Origin: Octopus sinensis
Taxonomy: Eukaryota
DNA length: 64,000 nt
NCBI RefSeq assembly: GCF_006345805.1
Contig: NC_043000.1
Coordinates: 146,630,001-146,694,000 of the forward strand
Reading direction: 5' to 3'
Shown here: piece after piece, positions 12,877-24,930 of the stretch
Layout of the letters: every line of letters starts with the position of its first letter
Numbering within the stretch: the stretch's first letter is position 1
Translations under genes and position numbers: made by a program
Notes under the pieces: generated by a model
The model's input: only the letters and a program-made list of their open reading frames with translations
The model's database searches: none
Told to the model about the DNA's origin: nothing

Positions 12877-13085
12877 AAATTTGACACAACGCCAGCACTT
12901 TTCACTAGAAGGGCGAGTCGATTGCATTGTCGCCCAGTACTTGATTGGTATTTATTTTAATGACACCGAAATGGTAAAAGGCAACATTGATCTTTGTAAC
13001 ATTTGACTTAGAACTAAACAGCTGGAAGAAATACCGCAAGCGTTTCACCTGACGCGCTAAAGATTCTACCATCTCGCCGCCTTAA
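12877..13085 (-). mobile_element. SINE family B variant, inverted, tail-to-tail with the previous copy
   Basis: aaatttgacacaacgccagca..tctaccatctcgccgcctta is the reverse complement of the B head and tail. Confidence 0.75.
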
Positions 13086-13307
13086 TAACAATGGTAATGA
13101 TGGTAGCAGCAGCAGCAGCCGTTCAACAATTTGGACCTGGAGATCTCCATTTCCAGAGACTTCGATGGCCACCTCCCAGTGGTGTCGGGCGTTAACAAAG
13201 ACCCCTCGACTACAACAAGACGTCCAAATTTTTTTTTCCAAGTTCTGAGGTCCCCCGCCCCTAAGCCCTCGATCATCACCTAATCACCCTTACTCGTCTT
13301 GTTGCTT

Positions 13308-13332
13308 AACAACAACAACAACAACAACAGTA

Positions 13333-13399
<67 letters not shown>

Positions 13400-13421
13400 C
13401 AGTAGCAGCAGCAGCAGCGGC

Positions 13422-13461
<40 letters not shown>

Positions 13462-13465
13462 ATGT
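13308..13465. repeat. Compound (AAC)n(AGC)n(AGT)n microsatellite
   Basis: Direct reading. It produces the poly-L and poly-S ORFs in the track. Confidence 0.95.
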
Positions 13466-14941
13466 TGATGATGATTTCAAACAGAATTAAGAGAAAGAAT
13501 TGTTACCTTAACAATCCAGTCTATCTCATTTCCAAACGTGTTATCTCCTGATTAGGTCTGATATATATTATTCCAAATAAGACCATGGCATCATATTTCT
13601 TATGAATATAAAACAAATATGCCTTTGACGATATTCGGTAACAGTATATTCTTTAACTTACGTATGTGAATTCCAAATATAAAAGAAAACAAGAATCGAT
13701 ACGAAAATAGATTTCACTTTGTCCTGAAACAGGGAGGAAAAATCGATAGATTTCGTTCAAGTGTCTTTGCATTAGCTTCAACACCGATAGATTGAAACAC
13801 CAAAATCTTCCAGAGAATTTGACCTCAATAGCTTACACATATAAATATAAAGAGAAGAATTACTTCATAAAGTTCTTTTTTTTATTGTAGGAATAGGACA
13901 ATATTATATACTCTGTGTTCATAATTAATTAAATTACCAAGGAGAATATTGAATTCATACCATAGTTATTTCTTTAGAGGGCAGCCTAAATATATCCAGA
14001 TCTAGACTGGTATGGTAGTTGCAATATAATGAAATAGATATTTTACTTCAGAGCAATTTACGATATTCGTACACGGAGTAGATTGGTAAAGAAAGTTTTC
14101 TGCAGTTAATGCAGAAAATTTTGATCATTCCAATTCACTGTTTAAATATATTTCTTAGAACCATGTTTTTTTTGGTTTTGTTCTTGTTGGGTTTTTTAAT
14201 CCAAGAAACTTGACATTTTTCCCTTCTGATATAAATCAACGCTATTTTTTCTACTGCAATATTTATATTTGAATTTCACATATCTTTGGAGAATGACATT
14301 TGTCATGGTAAAGAATAAGCTGTTATTTCGCCTGGCATTAAGATAGTCGTATTATTTTGTTACAGATGCTGAATGTGAAAAAAAAAAATTATTACGTGGA
14401 ATTTATCCCAAAAAGAGATACAATTATGTGGTGGAAATGAATTGAGGGAAATATGGAATATCAATAGAGATATACGAAGTGCTATCATTCTAAAGCCTTT
14501 GTGCAACAGAAGCAATATGCTGGTATGTGCATTCAAATAAGACTCAAACACTTGTTCTGAAATTTTCAACACTAAGCATACCTCATTTCATTATTAATAG
14601 CAACGTTATAAACTACATTTATCGCTTCCATTAACTAAAAGTTCGATTCTTTTCGATAGTGTTTATCAGAATTTTGAGCAAATAATGGAAATGAAAACAG
14701 CTATGCTTTGAATCCACAACTCAATAGATTGTATTATTAACAAATCCAATTTAATAATTCTAACCACATCACAAGACATTGTAAGGTTTCTGTCATTGGA
14801 AATTCGCTTATATCATTTCAAAATTAAATTTTCATCAACATCATATTGACTTTTCGGCTTTTATCTTTTTCAATGTTATAACTTGAGTTAACAGGATTTA
14901 AACTTTACTGGCTGAAATTCTAAAATGTAAAATAAGCTAGC

Positions 14942-14942
14942 G

Positions 14943-15010
<68 letters not shown>
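14942..15010. repeat. (GTA)n microsatellite
   Basis: Direct reading of the sequence. Confidence 0.95.
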
Positions 15011-15339
15011 TCATAGAGGAGGGGAGGGGAGGGGGAGGTAAAGTGGTAGGAGGTAGAGAAGTGAGGGTAGGAGGCGTTGATAATGAACCCAGCAAAATAG
15101 ATGATTGTTTAAAATTTTGAAATGATTTATTAACCGCAATATGCTTTCAAACTATTAAGCCGGGATTTAAAAATGCAGCTGCATCTGCAAAGATAGGAAA
15201 ATAGTATTAATGACGAGGTCGCAAAGATGCGACTTAATACTTCTTAATGTTTAGACAAAATTGAATATAACTGTCTGCGAAATTTCAATAACTGCCATTA
15301 CACTTCAGTTTATATCTGTGTACGTGCGTGTATGTGCTT

Positions 15340-15377
15340 GTGTGTATATGTATATTATATGAATATGAATATAATTA

Positions 15378-15424
<47 letters not shown>

Positions 15425-15532
15425 GCATATATATATATATATGTGTGTGTGTATCATATATGTACGTATATAAGCATATATGTGTGTATATACATATATA
15501 TGTACGTATATGTATATATATATAAATATACA

Positions 15533-15627
<95 letters not shown>
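15340..15627. repeat. (TA)n-rich microsatellite
   Basis: Direct reading. It produces the YI-repeat ORFs. Confidence 0.95.
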
Positions 15628-15689
15628 TGGCTGCGATGATTTTGCCAATGATACTGCATAGTAGGGTCAGTATGTCACCTCTGTGAGAA

Positions 15690-15960
15690 ACACAGCAATA
15701 TGACGCAAGTCACTCAGCATGGCGTCGTTATGCCTCCATTCATCTACCCACAAAGCCTCAGACTCAACACGGAGGCCTAAATCAAGTGCCTGAAGAAGGT
15801 AGTGCTGCCCTGTGTCAAAACGGTAGCTGCCGGAAGAACCTATCCTTGCCAACAACAGGACCCTGCAGCATGCCATATAGTTATGGCCGTCAGACAATTT
15901 CTGCGAGCATATCACTTCCCAGACTGCAACCCCTTTGATTATTGTGTGGAGCGCACTTGT
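15690..15960 (+). mobile_element. DD37D (maT)-like transposase fragment
   Basis: MPPFIYPQSLRLNTEA*IKCLKKVVLP..QQQDPAACH..DNFCEHI..PDCNPFDYC. Same family as 51904-52465. Confidence 0.7.
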
Positions 15961-15961
15961 A

Positions 15962-16013
<52 letters not shown>

Positions 16014-16187
16014 TCTATCTTTATTATTTTCACAGTTGTTTTCGTTGTTTCAAAGCCTTTCTCGTACGCAGTTTTAATTTATTATTATTTGCTGCGGAAT
16101 GTAACTGCACTGGCGCGGTGGATTTGAAAATTGTAATATATAAGTATACAAGGCGCAGGAGTGGCTGTGTGGTAGTAGCTTGCTAAC

Positions 16188-18515
16188 ACACATGCGCAGT
16201 TAGTCAGTTGCTTCCTGTTGAGCCAGAGCGGACGTGAGTTAACCAGCTCCGTCCAATTACAGAAAAAAGACCAAAAACGGAAAGTTGTCGAGGTGAGTGA
16301 TTTTGTTTATTGTGAGTTGGGCATAATTTATTACGTGCCAATTATTATTTCAGTAAGTTGTGTCCAACTCTGAGACAATTTCGCCTGCTCTCGGCGGCTG
16401 CCATTTTTGTGTTCATTGAAAAAAAAACAGTGGAGGGGCGTATCCTTGGAACCCAATACAGTTACTGTTAAAATTACCGTTGGCGGTAGCCAGTGCTGTG
16501 TTTGGGTTTGTTGAATTTATTCCCTTGTCAGAGTACTTCGCAAGAAAATTATAAAAATAAGCCACTTTTGGATTACCTTTCGGACCCATTTTTGTGGAGG
16601 TTGTGTTACAGTTGCGGCGTTCCAGGTTCAACTCAGGCCGGGAGTACCGTAAGGCCAGAAGATTTTTGCTGTGTTTTTTCTGTTTATTAACTTTCTTTTG
16701 AACTTCATTTAACTCCCCCATTTTGTTTTGTTTTTTTGTTTATTGTGACTTTCTGTTGATTTCTTCCCTTCTGTTGTGCTTTCTCCTTTTTGTTTTTTCA
16801 AAAATCTATCAAATTTTATTTGGACTTTTGAACTTTTTTCTTCTCGCTTTATAAGTTTAATTTGAATATATTTTTAAAAAAAAACAGAAAAAAACATGGC
16901 AATGAAAAATAACAAAATTTTGGAATGGGAGATCATACCGCCTAAAAAGTGGTTAAAAGACCGTGAAGATAGGACGGTGGTGTTGAGAACCTACTCCAAG
17001 GCACTCGACACCATCGCCCTGTTCGAAAAGACGGCAATTGAAAAGGTGTTGGCAGAGTATTTGCCAACAATTAAATTCATTTCCAAGGGTGTCAAATATG
17101 CAACGGTGTGATTGCTATTTGACACCCCTGAAGAGGCTTGCAGATTTGCTAGCAAACCCCTGGAGGGTAAGGAAATTTTATTCCTGCCCACGTACCAAAA
17201 AAAAGAGACTGACGAAAGCTTGGATTTGCAGGCTGCCACCCGGATAGAACCCGAGTGGATAGAGGACTATCTCCGGGGTCTGGGTAGCAGCGAAACTAAG
17301 CTCCTTAATGTAAAAGTTCTTCCTGCGGCTGCTTGGTTGGGTCAAAAGCAATTTTGACCCTTTGGACCCAATCAGCCAATCTGGTTCTTCCAGATTTTTT
17401 TAAATGGCCGGGTGCAGGTACCCGGTGATGCTTGAGGGTCGCCCCCCTAAGTGTGATCGGTGCTTGGAGTCCGGCCATATAAAGAAGAATTGTCCCCAGG
17501 AACAAAATAGGATCCCGGAACAGTTAAGTGAGACCCCTGTAGAAGAGGGAATGATAACGGCCGAGGAAGCAGAGGACTCCTCAAACAGAGGCCGAAAGAG
17601 GAAGGTGAGCAACAATGGGTGCTCACCAAAGGATACTAGGAATGAGGAGGGAAAGGCGAATCTTCCGGCCACGGAGGAGACGCACCCTCCCTCAGTTGAA
17701 AAGAAAAAAAAAGAAAAAGAGGAAGAGAAACGGGACATTACCGGCTGTCGGTGACATAGCACCGGAATGTCCCGGAACTACGTCGGTTGGGGTTGTGCCA
17801 CCGATAGGAGAAGAAATACCGTTGGCGGGAACTGTGCCGCCAACGAAAGAATTGAATATCCCGCACCCGAACAAAAACGAGGTATTGATCCTCTTTTATA
17901 GAGGCGGAGAGATTGAAAAGGTGATGGAAAAGCACCACAAGGGAGCACCTTTAGCCTTCACACAGGACCCCGAATGGTCTCCGCAGGTGCTGTGGAGGCC
18001 GTGGCGTTCGACGTGACGCTTGGGCTGAAGGAGCTCAATGAGGATTATAGCTTGGTCCCAGGCGACGCTAACTCGGAACTCGATTACGTTCTGAGGGAGG
18101 TGTGGTGGATGGTGGAGGGCGCGGACACAAGTTATTTCGAGGACGAGTCAAATTGTGATACGACTGAGGGGCCCCGACCTAGAGCTGGCGCATTCCTAAG
18201 GGAAGTATAAGCCAGGTCTGGGGGAGGAGGGGCTTTGTGTATTGTATTTATATATGTAATTATTGAACTATGTTGTTATTAGTAATGGACTGCTAAGTCC
18301 AAAAATTGAAAAAATTGTAAGAGGTTTAATACCTCGTTTTGTGTTTGTTTTTAAAAGAACAATGTTTTAGAGAAGCAGAAGTCGGCGGGCGCTTTTTGTC
18401 TTCTCCCATCCCCATCATCTTTCTTTCATTATCATTCACTTCATTAATGTCCTCGTCCAGCCCGCAAAGCTAACTTACTCTATGTACTGCCTTTATGGCA
18501 AATGTTATGAAATAA
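16188..18515 (+). mobile_element. ORF1-only (half-L1/HAL1-like) non-autonomous retrotransposon with a Tx1/L1-type ORF1
   Basis: 14-bp TSD agtagcttgctaac (16174-16187 and 18516-18529). ~700-nt 5' UTR, disrupted gag-like ORF 16896-18210, ~300-nt 3' UTR ending AATAAA. No endonuclease or RT sequence. Confidence 0.8.
16896..18210 (+). pseudogene. Disrupted ORF1 (RRM-like region + CCHC zinc knuckle + low-complexity C-terminus)
   Basis: AWICRLPPG/IEPEWIEDYLRGLG is typical of Tx1/L1 ORF1, and CDRCLESGHIKKNC (CX2CX4HX4C) lies at 17452-17493. One in-frame TGA (~17109) and frameshifts at A-runs. Confidence 0.75.
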
Positions 18516-19289
18516 AGTAGCTTGCTAACCAACCACATGGTTCCGGGTTCAGTCCCACTGCGTGGCATCTTGGGCAAGTGTCTTCTGCTATAGCCCCGGG
18601 ACGACCAATACCTTGTGAGTGGATTTGGTAGACGGAAACTGAAAGAAGCCTGTCGTATATATGTATATATATATAAGTGTATGTGTATATGTTTGTGTGA
18701 CTGTGTTTTTCCCCCTGGCATTATTTGACAACCGATGCTGGTGTGTTTATGTCCCCGTCACCTAGCGGTTCGGCAAAAGAGACCGATAGAATAAGTACTG
18801 GGCTTACAAAGAATAAGTCCCGGGGTCGATTTGCTCGACTAAAGGCGGTGCTCCAGCATGGCCGCAGTCAAATGACTGAAACAAGTAAAAGAGAGAAAAG
18901 AGTAAAGAGTAATACAGCTCGTGTATTTTCGGTGTTATTTGCTGCATAAATATGCATTAATTTTTAGCATACTCGCTGAAGAAGTACGGAAGGCAAACTA
19001 ATTTATTTTGCACAATCATACAGAAACTCGAGTCTGAGGATAACCACAAGAATATTTTTTTTATTTTCATTCCCTTTGAAATTACTCGTGGTTTGCGCTT
19101 TAACTGCCCTTTCTAGCATGTAAAATGTCCTGTCAAAGGTCGCCACTTTCGTGTATAAATACGTAAATTGTTTAAATTGTTTATACGCTATCATATATGA
19201 AGATGTGCTGTCTATTGACTTTATTACGCATGGTAGCCACCCGTATGAACATTTTTCTTAATTTTCTACCCTTATTATTTTCAGAGTGT

Positions 19290-19574
<285 letters not shown>

Positions 19575-19575
<1 letters not shown>

Positions 19576-19765
19576 GCGATATGTAACACTGCCTAAATTC
19601 CAGTCTTGAGACATTAGGCTTCTCAAAAAGAGAACGGAAGACTACACAAGCAAGCCATCACTGGAACTGTAAAAATCTGTAAAACTTTCGAGAAGCTTAT
19701 CATTTAAGTATATATGAGCATGTCTAGCTATGCAAGTATATGCATGCATCAGAATAGAGACATAC
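19575..19765 (+). mobile_element. 3'-end fragment of the (TACA)n-associated R4-like LINE family
   Basis: atcactggaactgtaaaaatctgtaaaactttcgagaag matches 57630-57670 and 58830-58870. Flanked by CATA repeats. Confidence 0.7.
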
Positions 19766-21521
19766 ATATTCATTCGAAGCGACACGTCGCGTATATAGCG
19801 TGGGAGACTATCGAAAATACGATGAATACTATTTCCAGCTTAGGATCCACAACTATGAGCCTCGTTAAATAACAGATGAATTAATTGAGGGAGCCTTTTG
19901 TTTTTTATTCTCGATCGTAGTGATTTTCCACTGAAACTTGAATTTAGCATGTGGAGGGTTACTACAAACAACTTGGCTTGTAAACAAATTCTTTCTAGCT
20001 GTAGTTATAGAAGAAACCGTAGCTACAAAACTCATTTCTCTTGGAGTTATGAATTGAATAATGAGCTATTTAACTGCAACGACAAAGCGAAACTAAACCC
20101 CGCTGTTGGCTATATGAAATGATTGAAATCATATTGGGACAATCTTCATCCAGAATTAAATCATTTTACTCGAAGCAACTACGCCAACAAGCAACATTTG
20201 TAGAACATAGAAAGAAGGTTAGTAACTAACTTTATTAAGATATCGAAAATTAAACTTCTTCCCAACCCTAAAGGCAAAAAACGAAAATGTGAATTATATA
20301 AGACCACCACGTGGTCTGGCAGTTAGCGACATTCAAACTGATTCTATTGTGCCTGCCGGCCAAACAGGTTTGGTTTACACAAGTTGGAAGTGAGATAGGC
20401 GTCATCCCTATAAAAATTTACTCCACATGAAACAATTTTTTCTACTGCCTATTCAATAACAAACCACTAAGTCTTATCTTTTTCTTTTTTCAGTCATTAG
20501 ACTGCGGCCATGCAAGGGCATTATCTGAAATACATACATACATACATACATACATACATACATGCATACATACATACATACATACATACAAACATACATA
20601 CATACATACATACATACATACATACATACAAAAGAGCCCTGTTCGTATTGTAGAAATTCCAACGGAGGAGAGCCTTGAATCTAGGTTAGAAACCGGCTCT
20701 TTCTTTATCTGAAAGAAATCTTGAAATAAAACTGTATAATGACATGCATGCATACGTACATACATATCCTTGTTAATGTTGTTGAAGTTCCAATGAAGGA
20801 TCTTTGGACCTAGGTTAGAAACCGGTACTTTCTGTATTGGCAAGAAAGCTTGAAACCTACGTGCATACGTATGTTTGTATGTATGTATGTACGTATGTAC
20901 GGGCGGCGAAATTTGTGTTGCACTGAAATCAGGACGAACTGTACTTGTGAAATGATATTGCTGGAGGGTTATTTCTAATTTACCAAGTTCTTTTCATTTC
21001 TCTAATTACTGTTCATCAGTTTTTATAAATTTTATATCCCCTTTTTCACTGGGCCGTCGTAAGTAGTCAATCCCACTCGAAGAATACATCATATTTGCTT
21101 GTGTCTGTATGAATGTGTTTGTGTATGTGCTGTTGCGTATGCATGTGTATTGTATATGAATAAGATATGTAATACGTGTGTGTGTGTGTATTACAGAAAA
21201 TGAGACAACAAAACCAAGGTTGTATGGAATTTTGTAGGACATTTATAAAGAGGAATAGGTATGTCCTTAAGAGAGATGCCAAAGAATTGTCTATCTATTA
21301 TATAGGCATTACTTGCAATAAGTTTTTGTATTAGCAGGGAAGCAATGATATGAGATATATTGGTATCCAGAAGATCCAAGATGGCAGATAAGGCTGTGTA
21401 AGTTTGTTTAATACACGTAGTTATGCATATAGATATTATAGTATAATACAATCAATCATATATATGATATGTTCTCTCTGTCATACCATGTGCGTGTCTC
21501 TGTCTCCCGCTATATATATAT

Positions 21522-21582
<61 letters not shown>

Positions 21583-21583
21583 G

Positions 21584-21615
<32 letters not shown>

Positions 21616-21622
21616 ATGTATG

Positions 21623-21658
<36 letters not shown>

Positions 21659-21676
21659 TGTGTGTGGTTATGTATG

Positions 21677-21712
<36 letters not shown>

Positions 21713-22081
21713 TAAATACATATGTATGCACATATACATACATACATACATATATATATATAATTTGCTCTAAGTAGTGATTACCTTTGATTGATTGATT
21801 GATTCGAATTTGAGGACGGAGAGTTTGGAGAGTTAAAGAGAAATTAATTACAATGGTAAATGAACTCCGACAACCTAGGATAAGAAAAAGAAGAGAATGA
21901 TTACGAGGGCTAATAATAAGCTATATTTCCTTCAATAAGCAATCACCTTGCTCTTTAATTGAATTAGGTTGTCGAAAGTGATCAACAAATTACCGATGGA
22001 ACAATTCATAAGTGGACAGCAACGCTTATTATATAGTATAATCTAACAGCGAAAAGTAACCAGTTCCTCCATCAATATACA

Positions 22082-22526
22082 AATATTAGGATCCTTTTGC
22101 TTGGAACAGCAGTTTTTTCCAGCGGTGTCATATGAAATTGTTACCCATAATTATGACCCTAGTATCGATATATTGCCTTTCAATCTGTTTTAGGGTTAGG
22201 GTTAGTTATTGTTAGAGTTAGGGGTGTGGGGAAGGATATCTTTTTTTCTTCACAAATGTAAATAAACCCAATCTGTTTCTTAAACGAAGGACATATTCAT
22301 ACGGCACAGAATGGTTTTTACCTCAATAGACGTCAGTGATTGGTTGAAATTGCAGAAATTGAAAAAAAAAGAACAAATATCTTACAAACTATAGAATTTT
22401 CTCAATAAAGCCCAGAGAAAAAGATGTTTTATAAACACATTCTACCAGTATACGAAGTTTAAAATTTTTTAGTTACCTAGAAATTATGTTAAAAACTGCC
22501 GTTCAAACCGAAAAGATCCAAATATT
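22082..22526. mobile_element. MITE-like element with ~33-bp imperfect TIRs and internal TTAGGG repeats
   Basis: Left attaggatccttttgcttggaacagcagttttt versus right (rc) atttggatcttttcggtttgaacggcagttttt. AATATT at both ends, ttttagggttagggttag inside. Confidence 0.7.
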
Positions 22527-23630
22527 ACAGGTACATACGTTATGTTTTATTTTTCTTTCTTCTTAAATATATTATATAGAGTCGCATAGGCAAATTCAGT
22601 TCCTTTGTAACAATAAATTTCCTAAATCCAAGTTCAAAGATTCTTCTCTAGGCATTCACAGCATTATTATCAGAATCGTTTGTAATTGTTTCTTTAATTG
22701 TATGCGGATTCCACGCTTACAAACACTACTATCTGGAATTTGGAGTTTGGGAGGTTACACATCAATTCCAAATAGAATCACGCGATAAAATAAATTATTA
22801 ATAAGAGAAATGCTACGCATAAGACAAGATGGTGCAAGCATAAACACATATACGACCAAACAAACTGCCTTTATTTTGACGCATAAATCTAAGAGTCAAA
22901 TCTGCAATTTCGGAGACAAAGTCTACATGGATAGCATCGCTCCCTCTAAATGTGATCGCTATGTACTCCAAGATCATTTGCGCTCTGATTATGTAACTTT
23001 GAAAATCTAGAAGAGTCGATGTAATATATGAAAAATATAAGGAAAGGAGACCTTTGACAAATGTCAAAGGTATTGTTGACATTTGTCAACAGTATACTGA
23101 AATGAAATTCTTTTCGAAGGGACAATATTTTACTTCTGAAAGTTAACTTTTTATTCGTATCCAATAGTTAGCATCAACTGTTATATCATCAAATTCTAGA
23201 TATGGAAAAATATGTCAAAAGAACCGTACCTATAGCTAGAAGGCTCTAAAGGCAGACAAAGCAGATGTGTGTCAGTAAAAATATATCACAAATTATGATG
23301 AACGAATTGCATGAGATTCAAAACTAAAACTAAACTAAGGCAAATTGTCATCATTTACCGGTAACCATGTCATGCTCTATTTTCTTCTTTGAACCAAACC
23401 GTTTACCAGACCTGACAGCCCTATTTAATCCGCTAACACTTTGTTATTTTTCAATAATTTAATTCTGTACGAAAGTTTTATGAGCAACTCTATCGACTGG
23501 AACTGCAGAAGCTAGTGAGCAAACTGAACCCCAAAGAGATCCACCATCCAGCAATCCAGCAAACGAGCCTATATATTACGGTCCGACCAGCAAGAAAAAG
23601 TGACAACACTGCCTGAGATCACAACTTACA

Positions 23631-23677
23631 ACTAAGCATTTTGTCCAGCATGCTAACGATTCTGCCAGTTTTTCGCC

Positions 23678-23680
<3 letters not shown>
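23631..23680 (-). mobile_element. SINE family B head fragment
   Basis: gctaacgattctgccagtttttcgcctta is the reverse complement of the B head. Confidence 0.7.
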
Positions 23681-23722
<42 letters not shown>

Positions 23723-23741
23723 TAATAATAATAATAATAAT

Positions 23742-24118
23742 GCTTTCTAATTGATGTATCATTACCGGCAGATGACAACGTGTCTCTAAAAGAAATGGAG
23801 AAACTCTCAAAATACAAAGACCTGGAAATAGAGGTAACCAGAATGTGGAATCTGAAAACAGAAACAATTCCTATCATAGTAGGTGCATTAGGCATGATAA
23901 AAAAATATTCAGACAAATACATAACAAAAACACCAGGACTTACAAACACATATAACATACAGAAAATTGCACTACTAAGCACTGCACACATCCTACGCAG
24001 AACACTTTCCATACAATAACCATCAGAGCATCACAACAAATCACAGCACATACACAAGGCACACAGAGCTGCGCTCGGTAGTGAAGTGAAAGCACGCTAT
24101 AAAAATAAAACTACTGAA
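23742..24118 (+). mobile_element. R4/Dong-clade 3' fragment within (AAT)n
   Basis: FLIDVSLPADDNVSLKEMEKLSKYKDLEIEVTRMW..IPIIVGALG..ILRRTLSIQ* plus 3' UTR. (AAT)n on both sides. Confidence 0.88.
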
Positions 24119-24147
24119 CAATAATAATAATAATAATGATGATGATG

Positions 24148-24203
<56 letters not shown>

Positions 24204-24344
24204 TTATAAAAGATTGACATAACTCTTTACAAATGTTAAAATTCTTAAATTTTCACTTTTTAAAAAAATAAAATTGGACAAAATACATAGAAAAATGAGA
24301 TTATGATTCTGAAAAAAAAAATCTGTAAAATTTTAATTTTCAAA

Positions 24345-24490
24345 AAAAATGTCGAATTGAAGCATTCCCAGCTTTGCGTTTGAATAGCTTCCCTGGTCAT
24401 ATTGGCGATATGAGGGCGGTCGTTGTCCTGCAGCAGAAGAACTCCATGCTGTCGATTGGATCTTTTCTCTTGAATAGCAGTGTTGTTGCC
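24345..24490 (-). mobile_element. Mariner fragment related to 34697-35751
   Basis: Nucleotide similarity to 35030-35115 (the QDN..PHIAN region). Confidence 0.65.
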
Positions 24491-24520
24491 TTATTAAATT
24501 GGAAAACACTATGGGCGTAA

Positions 24521-24930
24521 GAGTGGCTGTGTGGTAAGTAGCTTGCTTACCAACCACATGGTTCCGGGTTCAGTCTCACTGCGTGGCATCTTGGGCAAGT
24601 GTCTTCTGCTATAGCCCCGGGCCGACCAATGCCTTGTGGGTGGATTTGGTAGACAGAAACTGAAAGAAGCCTTTCGTATATATGTATATATATATATATA
24701 TATGTATGCGTGTGTGTGTTTGTGTGTCTGTGTTTGTCCCCCTAGCATTGCTTGACAACCGATGCTGGTGTGTTTACTTCCCCGCCACCTAGCGGTTCGG
24801 CAAAAAGAGGCCGATAGAATAAGTACCGGGCTTACAAAGAATAAGTCCCGGGGTCGATTTGCTCGACTAAAGGCGGTGCTCCAGCATGGCCGCAGTCACA
24901 TGACTGAAACAAGTAAAAGAGTAAAAGAGA
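24521..24930 (+). mobile_element. SINE family A, full length
   Basis: Same head, internal microsatellite and tail as 535-926. Confidence 0.9.

Larger units (their letters stand above)
16158..18910 (+). mobile_element. SINE family A split in its tRNA head by a 2.3-kb insertion (SINE parts 16158-16187 and 18516-18910)
   Basis: The head GGAGTGGCTGTGTGGTAGTAGCTTGCTAAC resumes at 18516 as AGTAGCTTGCTAACCAACCACATGGTTCCGGG and runs to the (AAGAGT)n tail. Confidence 0.9.

Noticed and set aside
13280-13490. Poly-L/poly-S/poly-Q-like ORFs
   Set aside because: Trinucleotide microsatellite with no flanking coding context.
15328-15661. Long YI/YV/HT/LSIY-repeat ORFs here and at 19.2k, 21.5k, 26.2k, 57.2k and 62.8-63.5k
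   Set aside because: They are translations of (TA)n, (CATA)n and (GATA)n microsatellites.
16158-16187. tRNA genes at SINE heads
   Set aside because: Only A/B-box-like tRNA-derived heads are present, with no complete cloverleaf.
22813-23082. Protein-looking 89-aa ORF with an upstream acceptor-like site
   Set aside because: No recognisable domain and no supported partner exons.
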